Assembly (NCBI GenBank): GCA_963700155.1
Contig: OY969472.1
Location: 872,690 to 936,689 of the forward strand
DNA length: 64,000 bases
Direction: 5' to 3'
Source: an uncultured bacterium
GTDB taxonomy: Bacteria; Patescibacteriota; Dojkabacteria; J137
Of the stretch, positions 29,267-39,356 are shown piece after piece. The notes below the pieces were generated by a model, which saw nothing but the letters and a program-made list of their open reading frames with translations, was not told the DNA's origin and searched no databases. The translations under genes and the position numbers were made by a program. How positions within the stretch are numbered: position 1 is the first letter of the stretch; every line of letters starts with the position of its first letter.

Positions 29267-29767
29267 ATGAATTTATTCATAATCTATTTTGTTTTAATTT
29301 TTGCAGTACTATTATATTTATCATTTCATGATATAAGATTTAACGAAATCCCAACTTTACCAACAATTGGTGGAATTGTAATTACATTATTTTTTATAAT
29401 AATTAATTCTTTATTTAACTTAAATATTGAAAAACTCCCAAGTCTTCTAGATGGATTAATAGGTGCTTTAATTGCAGGTGGTGTAATTTTCCTTATTGTT
29501 TTTATAAGTAAAGAGAAAGCAATGGGGAAGGGTGATATACTTTTAGCGATTATAATGGGATTAAGTTTAGGATATAGAAATTTATTTATAGGTTTTTCAA
29601 TTGCAATTTATAGTGGAACAATTTATGGGTTGGTTTTAAGTTTAATAAAAAGAAAATTCCATGGATTGACTCTTCCGTTTGTCCCATTTATTTCGCTTGG
29701 AATAGTACTTGCACTTCTTTACTCTTCAGATATTATAAACATTTATTATAAACTTACTGGACTATAG
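29267..29767 (+). CDS. Prepilin peptidase (A24 domain only, no N-terminal Zn domain)
   Basis: HDIRFNEIP (Asp1), MGKGD (Asp2), LPFVPFI. Confidence 0.85.
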   Translation: MNLFIIYFVLIFAVLLYLSFHDIRFNEIPTLPTIGGIVITLFFIIINSLFNLNIEKLPSLLDGLIGALIAGGVIFLIVFISKEKAMGKGDILLAIIMGLSLGYRNLFIGFSIAIYSGTIYGLVLSLIKRKFHGLTLPFVPFISLGIVLALLYSSDIINIYYKLTGL

Positions 29768-30149
29768 ATATTGGATTGTGAGTAATATCTACTTCTACAC
29801 TTTTTTGATAGAAATATTCTCCATTATTAGAACTTACAGAAATTATTTTATATGAAGGATTTACATCACTAGATATTTCAGCAGTACAATCAATATCTGA
29901 CGCACTTAAATTAATAGTACCTGTAAAGCTAGAATTTTCGGATAATTTTTCTAAACTATCTTCTATGCAAGACTCAGCTTCAATAGAAACTTGATTAGTA
30001 TTAATTAATCCTTTAAGCGATTTGTTTAAATCTATTGAATTTAGAACTAATGAAGTCCCACTCAATAGAAGAATTGTTGACATGATGATCAGTGCTATTA
30101 ATGCGGCAGCACCTTTCTGTTTTTCTTTAATCGATAATATATGTATCAC
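29754..30149 (-). CDS. PilX/GspK-like minor pilin
   Basis: KQKG-AAALIALII prepilin without Glu5; AESCIEDSL. Confidence 0.7.
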   Translation of the reverse strand: MIHILSIKEKQKGAAALIALIIMSTILLLSGTSLVLNSIDLNKSLKGLINTNQVSIEAESCIEDSLEKLSENSSFTGTINLSASDIDCTAEISSDVNPSYKIISVSSNNGEYFYQKSVEVDITHNPISIVQ

Positions 30150-30618
30150 TAATATCGCTTGTAATATTTAAGTTTTTATTTGATGCAACACTAAAATCAA
30201 GAATAACTCCGTTCACGCTTGACCCTTCCATTATTCTTTGTAATTTAAATTTTGTTACTACCACATTTGATCCAGTTATATTATTAGCACTATCTGTATC
30301 AACAATTAATCTGCCATTCTGAACATGATAAATCGAAGTTGAATTATCACTTTGAACTAGTACCAAAGTCCCAGTATCACTGTCAAAAACTGAGTTATTT
30401 GTATCGATTGATTTAATTGTCCTAAAAGCTTCTTCAATATTTTCAGTAACAAATAATGCAGCTTTTTCAGTCTCAATTTGATATTTATTTCTATTGTTAA
30501 GATCGCTAATAATAAATACGAAAGAGATAATTGTTGTAAAAATAAAACCAAAAAGTCCTATATATAAAATTACTTCAACTAATGTAAATGCTTTTTTATG
30601 ACTTTCTATTCGATTCAT
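30127..30618 (-). CDS. Minor pilin (PilW/GspJ-like)
   Basis: KKA-FTLVEVILYIGLF class III signal. Confidence 0.8.
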   Translation of the reverse strand: MNRIESHKKAFTLVEVILYIGLFGFIFTTIISFVFIISDLNNRNKYQIETEKAALFVTENIEEAFRTIKSIDTNNSVFDSDTGTLVLVQSDNSTSIYHVQNGRLIVDTDSANNITGSNVVVTKFKLQRIMEGSSVNGVILDFSVASNKNLNITSDISDTYIID

Positions 30619-30619
30619 T

Positions 30620-32569
30620 TTATTTCTGATAAGTTAAGGTCAGATCTTCAAGCTCAGCTGTCGAAAGCTGATTTGATGAAAAATTAATTTTATATTGGAA
30701 ATATCTCTTATTGTAAACAAGACTAGGTATATAATCTCCATCTGAAATTGCAAATGATGTCGAGGAGGTCCCGTCGGGTCCAACCCAATTTGTACTACTG
30801 GACATATCTGAATTAGAACTGCTTCTAACTTGTACATTCATATTTGTGTTGACTGGAATGGTACCGTTAAAATCAATTGTATAATATTTACTTGTACTTG
30901 ATGTAGAATCAAAAATAGTTGATGTATAAGTTCCTGATAAGGCATATCCTTCACCGGAGCCATTCCCCCCGCCGGGACCTCCTCTTAGAATTTTAAATTC
31001 TGAACTACTATCATCGGTCACTAAATAAGCAAAAGCATTTCCTTGTGCATCTGAAACAGTATCAATATCTTCAATCCCATTGTTTATATCCATTCCACCA
31101 CAAAATGTCGGACTATGTTCATTTGAAATATCTACAGCCTGATATTCCTGACCATTTTTACCAACCAATACTGCCCTGTTATCTTGAGTTACTATTGCTA
31201 TTCCGGTAATACTCATTCCGTGAGTGTTATAACTTCCGATAATACTAGGTGAGTTTTTATTTGAAGTATTCATAATAAAAAATTCATTCTCTGATGAACC
31301 ATAATTAGTTCCAAAATAAGCCCTATTCCCATCGGGAGAGACATAAACATCTGATGTTTGTAAATTATTTACACTTGATTTTGATAAGAAGCTCATATTT
31401 GATGGATTGGAAACATTTGCTATTGAAAGTTCATACCAGTCATTATTCAATGCTGCGAATAAATAATTTCCTCTAACAACAATCTGACTAACATAATCAC
31501 TACCAAAGAAGAAAACAGGATCTCTTGCCATAGTGATCTCACCATATTTCGCTCTTGAACCAGTATTAGATGTCAAATTAAACGATTGTACTATTTCGCC
31601 TGTTGCAACATAACCAACAGTTCCAGAAACGTATACACTATCTGCATCTGTTGTACCGCTTGCATTAAAGTAACCAATCTGTTGATAAGGATACTGACTT
31701 ATATCTAATATAACTACTTCTTTACTGTTATCTGTTGTAGCTAAATATGCAACATTTCCTACAATAAAAATATCATTTACGGCGTAACCCCCAAAGGTTC
31801 CTTCTACAGAAATCGTCGGAGGGGTTACGCCGCTTATATTTAACTTAGTCATCGCTGTAGTCGTATTTGTCCCTGCGGTTCCAAGATATGCATGCCCTGT
31901 ATTCGCAAATATTGTTTTAGAAACAGAGTTACCAGGTAGGTCATATTGATTTAACTGTAAAGATGGGTTGCACCAGTCAGGATAAATTATTGTTTGAAGT
32001 TGGACACTTCCCCCTCCATTTGAAGTTACAATAGTATTGTCATTTGTTCCCTGATTAAAATCACTTGTTGAAGTTTGAGTCCATGTATTGCTGTTCCAAT
32101 TAGTTATATAAAATTGAGAACTAATTAAATTATCAAATCCAAATTTATCTACCCATTCTGAACTAATTTGAATTAATTTAGAGTTCAAATCAGTTGTACC
32201 ACCTGAAGTTACAAAATTCCCATTAGTATCTCTTAGAGCACTCTGTACTTTGAAGCTATAACTTATTCCATCTAAATTTTCTGAACCATCTACAATACTA
32301 TAAGTACTTCCAGAATATGCAAGATGTTTATCTCCTGAATCAATAAGCATAGATTCCCAGAGTGAATTTTTTTTATCAACTAAAATTTGGGACATATCAT
32401 GCATTTTTATTGAAGCAATATTACTTTTCCATCTATCTTCTGAAAGTCTTAATGCCGCAATACTAAATGTCGCTAAACTATATATCACCAATGAAATTAA
32501 AGCTAATACAATTATTATTTCAGTTACACTAAATGCCTTAAATTTTTTATTAATTTTGAGCTTTTTCAT
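30620..32569 (-). CDS. Large minor pilin/adhesin with LVIVD-type beta-propeller repeats
   Basis: KA-FSVTEIIIV prepilin; repeats such as GNVAYLAT...EVVILDIS, GNRAYFGT...EFFIMNTSN. Confidence 0.8.
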   Translation of the reverse strand: MKKLKINKKFKAFSVTEIIIVLALISLVIYSLATFSIAALRLSEDRWKSNIASIKMHDMSQILVDKKNSLWESMLIDSGDKHLAYSGSTYSIVDGSENLDGISYSFKVQSALRDTNGNFVTSGGTTDLNSKLIQISSEWVDKFGFDNLISSQFYITNWNSNTWTQTSTSDFNQGTNDNTIVTSNGGGSVQLQTIIYPDWCNPSLQLNQYDLPGNSVSKTIFANTGHAYLGTAGTNTTTAMTKLNISGVTPPTISVEGTFGGYAVNDIFIVGNVAYLATTDNSKEVVILDISQYPYQQIGYFNASGTTDADSVYVSGTVGYVATGEIVQSFNLTSNTGSRAKYGEITMARDPVFFFGSDYVSQIVVRGNYLFAALNNDWYELSIANVSNPSNMSFLSKSSVNNLQTSDVYVSPDGNRAYFGTNYGSSENEFFIMNTSNKNSPSIIGSYNTHGMSITGIAIVTQDNRAVLVGKNGQEYQAVDISNEHSPTFCGGMDINNGIEDIDTVSDAQGNAFAYLVTDDSSSEFKILRGGPGGGNGSGEGYALSGTYTSTIFDSTSSTSKYYTIDFNGTIPVNTNMNVQVRSSSNSDMSSSTNWVGPDGTSSTSFAISDGDYIPSLVYNKRYFQYKINFSSNQLSTAELEDLTLTYQK

Positions 32570-33039
32570 ACTTTATAATATTCAATAAATCCTTCTTTAT
32601 TAATACTTAATCTATATATAACACTTCCATCGGATAAATTCATATCACCTGTTGCATTTGGTTTTAATGACCCTTGATTAAAAACAATCTCATTACCACC
32701 AGAATTTAAATTAATATTTTGTATTGAAACTTTATTTAGAGGGATAACTTCAATTTGTTCCGCGCTTGAATAACTTGGACCAATAAAAATACTGTAGCTT
32801 GATGAGTCGAATTTAATACCATAGCTTTTATCTGATAAACCAGCATAAGCATTTTGTTGATAAACATAAAGTTGTGATGCAAGGTCACTAGTCTGACTTT
32901 CAATGGATTGATTGTAAACATTAGTTATACTACCAGGAAGAACTAAAAGTGATATAAATCCTATAATACCTAAGACAACTAATAATTCAAGAAGTGTATA
33001 GCCTTTTTTTTTACTTTGGAAATTACTTTTATACTTCAT
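32566..33039 (-). CDS. Minor pilin (GspH/FimT-like)
   Basis: KKG-YTLLELLVVLGI; IVFNQG...INKEG C-terminus. Confidence 0.8.
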   Translation of the reverse strand: MKYKSNFQSKKKGYTLLELLVVLGIIGFISLLVLPGSITNVYNQSIESQTSDLASQLYVYQQNAYAGLSDKSYGIKFDSSSYSIFIGPSYSSAEQIEVIPLNKVSIQNINLNSGGNEIVFNQGSLKPNATGDMNLSDGSVIYRLSINKEGFIEYYKV

Positions 33040-34114
33040 TTATACTTCCGGTTAGCTGATAAATTGGTGTAATTATTAATAAAGCCAATCCTCCAATTAG
33101 AACACCAATAAAGATAAGAAGTAAAGGCTCAATTAAAGTTGTAATATTATTACTCATCTCAGTTAGGTCTTCAGTGTAAAGATCATAAAGGTAAGTTAAA
33201 TTATCTTCTAAATTCCCAGTCTCCTCTCCTATTTCGACCATCTTTCGATAACTTTCAGGAAAATATTTTGGATAAACAGCTAAAGAGCTAGCCAAATTTT
33301 TCCCAGCTTTTACATCTTCAGTTACTTTCCCTAATATATGAGCATAATAAGAATTCAACATTGTTGCTTGTGCAATAACTAATGCTTTTTGTAAAGGGAT
33401 TCCACTTTCTAAAAGAATCGCTAAAGTTCTTGAAAATGTGGATAAAATATCTGCAACATTCATCTTCTTGAAAACAGGAAATCTTAATGCGACGAAATCT
33501 TTAAATCTTTTTCCTGGTTTAGTTCCCAAAGCCCAATTTATAAAGATTAAAATAATTATTCCTCCGATAAGAAGATAAACTCCATTTTCTCTAATAAATG
33601 CACTTAAGTTCAGAATACCTTTAGTAAAATCAGGTATATTTTTAAAAGTACTAAATAAAGCTTCAAGTTTAGGAAGTATAAAATAAATAATCCCGATAAA
33701 TTCTATAAATGTCATAAACAATATTATTATTGGATATGTTGTTGCCCCTTTAATTTTTTTATGAAGTTCGTAATTCTTTTTTAAATAATCTGATAAAAAT
33801 AATAAATTATTTTCTAATGTTGCTCCCTGTTCACCAACGTCTATTATAGAAGTAATAATAGTAGAAAAAGCATCAGGAAATTTTTTCATGGCTTCCGCGA
33901 GAGTTACACCAGATTGGACATCTTTTTGAACACTTTCGTAAACTTTTTTTAATTTCTCATCTTGAATTTGGTTGCTTACTACACCTAAGGCTTCTGAAAT
34001 ATCGATTCCGGATTTTAATAATGTTGATAAATTTCTAATAGATAATGCAATCTCTAACTGAGAATAATTGTGAAAAAGATAAATTGTTTTTGTTTTACTT
34101 ATTTGTATTGTCAT
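33029..34114 (-). CDS. pilC: Type IV pilus platform protein (PilC/GspF family)
   Basis: Two T2SSF domains: LSTLLKSGI...VGEQGATL, LLESGIPL...IGEETGNL, LIEP. Confidence 0.92.
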   Translation of the reverse strand: MTIQISKTKTIYLFHNYSQLEIALSIRNLSTLLKSGIDISEALGVVSNQIQDEKLKKVYESVQKDVQSGVTLAEAMKKFPDAFSTIITSIIDVGEQGATLENNLLFLSDYLKKNYELHKKIKGATTYPIIILFMTFIEFIGIIYFILPKLEALFSTFKNIPDFTKGILNLSAFIRENGVYLLIGGIIILIFINWALGTKPGKRFKDFVALRFPVFKKMNVADILSTFSRTLAILLESGIPLQKALVIAQATMLNSYYAHILGKVTEDVKAGKNLASSLAVYPKYFPESYRKMVEIGEETGNLEDNLTYLYDLYTEDLTEMSNNITTLIEPLLLIFIGVLIGGLALLIITPIYQLTGSINEV

Positions 34115-34117
34115 TTA

Positions 34118-35410
34118 TTATTCTTTAATAGCTGTTACTCTCATTAATTCTGATAAACTAATAATTCCTTGTTTCATTTTAGCAACTCCGTCTTCAACAA
34201 TTAATACTAATCCTTGTTGTCTTGCTACATCAAATATATCATCAATATTCCCCTTCTCCGAGATTAATTTTCTTATCTCTTTTTTTACTTCAAGAATCTC
34301 ATATAATCCAATTCTCCCTTTAAATCCAGATGCACTACATTCACTACAACCTTTCTCTTTATAAAGTGTTTCTCCGGGTTTGACTAGTTCAGCAATATCT
34401 GGTCTCATTTTTTTTAATTCTGTATGTTCAGCCTCAGTTAATGCATATTTAACCTTACATTTTTCACACAACCTTCTGGAAAGTCTTTGGGCAATAATGA
34501 TATTTAAAGTACTTGCAATAAGAAATTCTTCTACTCCCATATCAACAAGCCTAGGAATTGTTGTAATAGCATCGTTGGTGTGCAGACTTGACAATACCAT
34601 ATGTCCGGTCATTGCAGAGTTTATCGCAATTTTTGCTGTTTCATCATCTCTAATTTCTCCGATCATAATGATATTCGGGTCTTGTCTGAGTATCGCTCTA
34701 AGTCCATTCGCAAACGTCAAGTCTGCACGAGGGTTTATTTGTACATGATTAACTCCTTTAATACTATATTCAACTGGATCTTCAACAGTAGTAATATTAA
34801 CTTCTCTTGAATTTAAAAGTTTCAAAATTGCATATAGTGTAGTAGTTTTTCCTGATCCTGTAGGTCCTACTGTTAAAATCATCCCATAAGGTTTATTGTA
34901 TGCTCTTTTCACCTCATCGAGCTTATCTCCTATAATACCTAAATCTTCTAAAGATATTTCTTTACCTTCAGAAGACAAAAGTCTTATTACTACTTTCTCT
35001 CCTTTCGTAGTAGGAAGAATTGAGATCCTTGTGTCAACTTTCAATTTATCAAATTGGAATGTAATTCTTCCGTCTTGAGGTGCAAAGTGTTCATCTGTTG
35101 GAAGTTTAGCGTTAATTTTGATCTTGAAAAGTAAAGGTTGCTCAATCTCCTTTTCTAAAGTTAAAACATCTCTGAGAATTCCATCAATTCTGTATCTTAT
35201 AAAAATTCTATCATCTGCTGGTTCAATGTGAATATCAGAAGCTTTACTTTCATACGCATTTAAGGCAATACTTTCAAGTAGATCGCTGACGTTTGCAGGA
35301 ATTCCTTTATCGGAAGAAGGGCTTAAAGCCTGCCTTACTCTTTTCAAAAAAACACTTTTAGTTTCTTCTTTTTCTTCTTTTGATTTGATTTCGGATACTG
35401 GTTGGTCCAT
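34118..35410 (-). CDS. pilB: Type IV pilus assembly ATPase (PilB/GspE family, short N-terminus)
   Basis: ASDIHIEP, RIDG, PQDGR, GPTGSGKTTT, EDPVE, LRQDPN, tetracysteine motif. Confidence 0.93.
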   Translation of the reverse strand: MDQPVSEIKSKEEKEETKSVFLKRVRQALSPSSDKGIPANVSDLLESIALNAYESKASDIHIEPADDRIFIRYRIDGILRDVLTLEKEIEQPLLFKIKINAKLPTDEHFAPQDGRITFQFDKLKVDTRISILPTTKGEKVVIRLLSSEGKEISLEDLGIIGDKLDEVKRAYNKPYGMILTVGPTGSGKTTTLYAILKLLNSREVNITTVEDPVEYSIKGVNHVQINPRADLTFANGLRAILRQDPNIIMIGEIRDDETAKIAINSAMTGHMVLSSLHTNDAITTIPRLVDMGVEEFLIASTLNIIIAQRLSRRLCEKCKVKYALTEAEHTELKKMRPDIAELVKPGETLYKEKGCSECSASGFKGRIGLYEILEVKKEIRKLISEKGNIDDIFDVARQQGLVLIVEDGVAKMKQGIISLSELMRVTAIKE

Positions 35411-35432
35411 TTATTTTTTTTGCGTTAATTAT

Positions 35433-35462
35433 TTAAGAAAGGAGCTTAAGCTCCTTTCTTAA
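35433..35462. terminator. Perfect 30-bp palindrome between the major pilin gene and pilB
   Basis: TTAAGAAAGGAGCTT|AAGCTCCTTTCTTAA. Confidence 0.65.
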
Positions 35463-35492
35463 TAAAGTTTAAAACTTTAAAACTTAGTATTC

Positions 35493-35942
35493 TTATCTTT
35501 CTACACTAATTGTTTTTCCAGCTTCAGCATCAGGAGCAGTAATTTGAATTCTTCCTGCTGATGCAGATGTTGTACAAATTGTATAGTGTGTATCAGCTGC
35601 ATCTCCTGTTGAAGGATCAAAAGGAATGGCTACAAGATAAGTTGGAACTAATCTCGTAGATAGATCAACATCTGAAGTACCTATTTCAGCCGGAGTTGCT
35701 GAACATAATGGAATTGTTCCTAAGTCAGATAATTGATGTCCCTGCTCTCCTGTGTATTGTGTAACAGCACTTAAGATTTCAGCTACATCAGAGCTTCTCT
35801 GAGTATTTCTAGCATCTGCAAAGTTCTTTGCAGGATTAATAGCAATAATTGTAATTGCTGCAAGTATCGCAATAAGAGCGACAACGACTAAGATTTCGAC
35901 AAGTGTGAAACCTTTGAGATTTTTTGAGCTTTCTCTAAGCAT
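35493..35942 (-). CDS. pilA: Probable major type IV pilin
   Basis: KG-FTLVEILVVVALIAILA, INP...ARNTQR..DV, YLVAIPFDP; own consensus promoter and terminator. Confidence 0.85.
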   Translation of the reverse strand: MLRESSKNLKGFTLVEILVVVALIAILAAITIIAINPAKNFADARNTQRSSDVAEILSAVTQYTGEQGHQLSDLGTIPLCSATPAEIGTSDVDLSTRLVPTYLVAIPFDPSTGDAADTHYTICTTSASAGRIQITAPDAEAGKTISVER

Positions 35943-35981
35943 ATTAATAAAAATAAGAAATAAATATTTTCGAACTAATTT

Positions 35982-36010
35982 AGTATAGAAAAGTGATTAT
36001 GTGGTGTCAA
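35982..36010 (-). promoter_or_regulatory. Near-consensus sigma70 promoter of the pilin gene
   Basis: TTGACA-17 nt-TATACT. Confidence 0.75.
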
Positions 36011-36122
36011 GAAAGAAAAATAGAAATAAAGTTTTTCTTTAATTTCTTCATATTCTTTTCTACTTCAAGCCAAATTCATATTTGAAAGTTATCGTAAGAT
36101 AATTAAATTTTAGATTTGTTTT

Positions 36123-36794
36123 ATGGCTAAGATTATTAATGTTAAAAATCTTACTAAGACTTATTCTAACGGCAGACAGAATGTAAATGCTTTAGAAGAT
36201 GTAAGTTTTGATTTAGATGAAAATGAAAGTATGGTTATTCTTGGTCCTTCAGGTTCAGGAAAATCTACAATGCTTCATATGATAGGTGCGCTCGATAAAC
36301 CAACTTCTGGGGAAATAGAGATTGCTGGAAAAAATATAAAAAAAATGAAAGATGATGAACTTTCAATTTTTAGGAATAAAACAATAGGTTTTGTATTTCA
36401 ATTTTTTTATCTTCAAGAATATCTAACTGCAAAAGAAAATGTAGCTCTACCAATGATAATTGGAGGCACGTCAAAAAAGATAGCTAATGAAAAAGCAGAT
36501 AAATTCCTGGAAGATGTGAATTTAAAAGATAGAATGAACGCCTTACCCGGACAAATGTCAGGTGGAGAAATGCAAAGAGTAGCAGTTGCAAGAGCTTTAG
36601 TAAATAATCCTAGAATTCTTTTAGCAGATGAACCAACTGGTAATTTAGATCGTGAAAATGCCGAAACTGTTATGGAGCTTTTTGACAAGATAGCTAATGA
36701 AGGGGTTAGCGTTGTTGTTATAACTCATGATCAAACTATCGGAGATAAATTTAATAAAGTAGTAAAGATAAATAAAGGGAAGGTGGAAAAATAA
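36123..36794 (+). CDS. ABC transporter ATPase (LolD/MacB type)
   Basis: GPSGSGKST, IGFVFQ, MSGGEMQRVA, LLADEPTGNLD, ITHD. Confidence 0.93.
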   Translation: MAKIINVKNLTKTYSNGRQNVNALEDVSFDLDENESMVILGPSGSGKSTMLHMIGALDKPTSGEIEIAGKNIKKMKDDELSIFRNKTIGFVFQFFYLQEYLTAKENVALPMIIGGTSKKIANEKADKFLEDVNLKDRMNALPGQMSGGEMQRVAVARALVNNPRILLADEPTGNLDRENAETVMELFDKIANEGVSVVVITHDQTIGDKFNKVVKINKGKVEK

Positions 36795-36831
36795 TTTTAA
36801 TCAATAAGGAAATATCTATTAATAAATTTTT

Positions 36832-38703
36832 ATGAATATTTTTACTTACAACTCACTAAATTTAAAGAAACTTAGAAAGTACAAATTGAAAGTTTTGCTT
36901 CTTGTTGTACCTATTATGATACTAGTAGCCTTAACAGTTTTGATCCCAAGTGAAGTACAGAATATAACTAATGCAATAAATCAAAGTTTTTTTGGGACAG
37001 TGGCTCAACAAAGTACTTTAATTCAGCTTTCCAAAACTCCTGAGAATAATAATTTTCAACAAAGCGGCGGCGGGTTTACTACAGGGAGTTTTAGTTCTTC
37101 AAATAACACTTTCACCGAAAGTGATCTTTCAACTATACAATCAATACCAAATGTAACCGCCGCCGCAATTAGCAGTACAGTCCCAGTGTCTAATGCTAAG
37201 ACTACTAATCTGATTACTAAAAAAACAGTTACCATAAACAGCTTAACTGGAATAGACAGTGAACTTGCAGGAATTTATACTACTCAAAATTTTGGATATT
37301 CATCTGATCAACCTATCCCAATAATTCTGAATGCAAATACTTTAAACGAGACTTATGAAGATTGGGGAGGGAAAGATAGTGTAACAATTGATATTACTCG
37401 TGGAGCGTCAAATGCTCAATCTGCTCTTTCAGAAAGTCCAATAAAAACAAGAGCTATTGATTACAATAAAGATAATTTGATTGGTAAAGAATTTACAATG
37501 TCTGTTGGTGGTTTAGACCCAATTCAGGACTACACTCAAAGTTTTTCATCTGGTGGAATTACTTTTACGAAAAGGACAAAAGATGATATTAAGACAGAAT
37601 CAGAATCACGAAAATCAGATATTTCAACTTACTGGAATTATTCTAAAATTAGTACACCACTAACCTATAAATTTATAGTTGTAGGTGTAATAAATGAAGA
37701 AGGAAATTTTACTAGCTATATTCCTGAATCAGCTGCACAAAAAATAATGAAAGATTATATTCAAAATCAATTAGATGCAAGAAATTCTACTGAGATCGAT
37801 ACCGCAGACTTGAATTCAAAGTTTGTTGGATTGACATATAATGGAACTGAGCTTCAGTCGTCTTCATTTAATGTAGGAGGAAGATTAGGAAGAGCAATAC
37901 GAGTTGAAGGTGGCTTAAGAGGTACAACTAATACTGTATTTGATCAGGAATCCTTAAGTTCAGGAAGCTCATATAATATTCCAGGATTGATAATTCAAAC
38001 AGAGGCAAACACTTCTTCTAGTAACACCAGTAGTAAGGGTTTTAATCCTTTTGCAAATAATGCAACTGTTGTTGGTGAGTATAAAGATTCAAATGTTTAT
38101 TCAACTAGTCCTAAATCAGGTACAACTGTTTTGATTAAAATAAATGATATAACAAACAGAACTCAAGTTGTTGCAGATTTAAATGTTAAAGGTTTTGCTT
38201 ATCAGGATGCTACAAATACTTCAATATTTACTGACTTGCAGAATAGTTTAAAAACTGTTTCGATAGTTCTTGCTGTAAGTTTTATTGTTTTAAGTGTTCT
38301 TATAATTATCTTTAATATGGGAAAGTTTGTTAGTGAGAGTACAAAGGAGATTGGGATTTTAAGAGCTATTGGTGCAAAAAGAAGTAGTATAAGGAATATC
38401 TTTTTGTTACAGGCTATTCTCTACTCTGTAATTGCGTATGTTATTGGAGCTTTTGTTGGTTTGATATTATTGTTCTTAGCTGTTGCTCCACTTTCTAACT
38501 GGTTTAATAATACGATTGGGAATACTTTGAAGCAAACTTATAATGTTGTTCAGATGCCGGATTCATCAGTGTTTGGGGGAATTGATTGGCAGTCCTTTGC
38601 GATTTATTCGATTGTATTCTTGGTTATAGTGATAATAGTGTCGTTAATTCCAGCGATTAGAGCTTCAAGGATAAGTCCGGTGAAAGCGATTAAAGGGGAA
38701 TAG
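36832..38703 (+). CDS. MacB/FtsX-family ABC permease with a large extracellular domain
   Basis: N-terminal TM; C-terminal EIGILRAIGA and PAIRASRISPVKAI. Confidence 0.88.
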   Translation: MNIFTYNSLNLKKLRKYKLKVLLLVVPIMILVALTVLIPSEVQNITNAINQSFFGTVAQQSTLIQLSKTPENNNFQQSGGGFTTGSFSSSNNTFTESDLSTIQSIPNVTAAAISSTVPVSNAKTTNLITKKTVTINSLTGIDSELAGIYTTQNFGYSSDQPIPIILNANTLNETYEDWGGKDSVTIDITRGASNAQSALSESPIKTRAIDYNKDNLIGKEFTMSVGGLDPIQDYTQSFSSGGITFTKRTKDDIKTESESRKSDISTYWNYSKISTPLTYKFIVVGVINEEGNFTSYIPESAAQKIMKDYIQNQLDARNSTEIDTADLNSKFVGLTYNGTELQSSSFNVGGRLGRAIRVEGGLRGTTNTVFDQESLSSGSSYNIPGLIIQTEANTSSSNTSSKGFNPFANNATVVGEYKDSNVYSTSPKSGTTVLIKINDITNRTQVVADLNVKGFAYQDATNTSIFTDLQNSLKTVSIVLAVSFIVLSVLIIIFNMGKFVSESTKEIGILRAIGAKRSSIRNIFLLQAILYSVIAYVIGAFVGLILLFLAVAPLSNWFNNTIGNTLKQTYNVVQMPDSSVFGGIDWQSFAIYSIVFLVIVIIVSLIPAIRASRISPVKAIKGE

Positions 38704-38723
38704 AATGTTAGTATAAATTTCAG

Positions 38724-38747
38724 AGGCGAGGTCTAAAGACCTCGCCT
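38724..38747. terminator. Hairpin between convergent genes
   Basis: AGGCGAGGTC-TAAA-GACCTCGCCT, 10-bp stem. Confidence 0.65.
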
Positions 38748-38785
38748 ATTCATTACAAGGAAAGAATTTATCCAAAATTGAATTA

Positions 38786-39319
38786 TTATTGTTCTTCTTG
38801 TAAAAAAGATCTTATCTTAGCTTCTGTATTATTCCTAACTAGATTCTCTATTTCTCTACCATAACTTCTTATTACTATCGCGGTGGATTCTTTTATCTTT
38901 GGCAGCGAATCTTTTAATAATTGAAAATAATTTGTACCTAAAGGTGTTAGTTGTATACCAAGTTCACTACCCTCTAATAAAGTTAAAGTGAATTCAATAT
39001 CGAGCATTAAGTTTACTAATTGATCTTGTAATTTTATTATTTCTTCAATATCCTTGATATTACTTGAGAATGGTATAGTTCCACCTTGTCGAATGAAGTT
39101 AATAACATTATATATACTCCATATTTTTCTTTTCAGAGTTTCATCAGTTAGACCATTCCATAATGTTAGTATTTGTATTTTACTCTCAGTCTCGAGGAAT
39201 CCATCAAAATTTATCTTGAAAATTTCTGGATCAATATTGAATAAAGAATCTTCGCCAAATTTGCCTAAAACATTTATTGTTTTATCATTAATATTCTCTT
39301 GTTTAGTAGGATCCGACAT
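38786..39319 (-). CDS. Hypothetical helical protein, ends QEEQ
   Basis: 177-aa ORF. Confidence 0.7.
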   Translation of the reverse strand: MSDPTKQENINDKTINVLGKFGEDSLFNIDPEIFKINFDGFLETESKIQILTLWNGLTDETLKRKIWSIYNVINFIRQGGTIPFSSNIKDIEEIIKLQDQLVNLMLDIEFTLTLLEGSELGIQLTPLGTNYFQLLKDSLPKIKESTAIVIRSYGREIENLVRNNTEAKIRSFLQEEQ

Positions 39320-39356
39320 ATTTATTATTTCTTATAGCTATATAACTATATTATAC

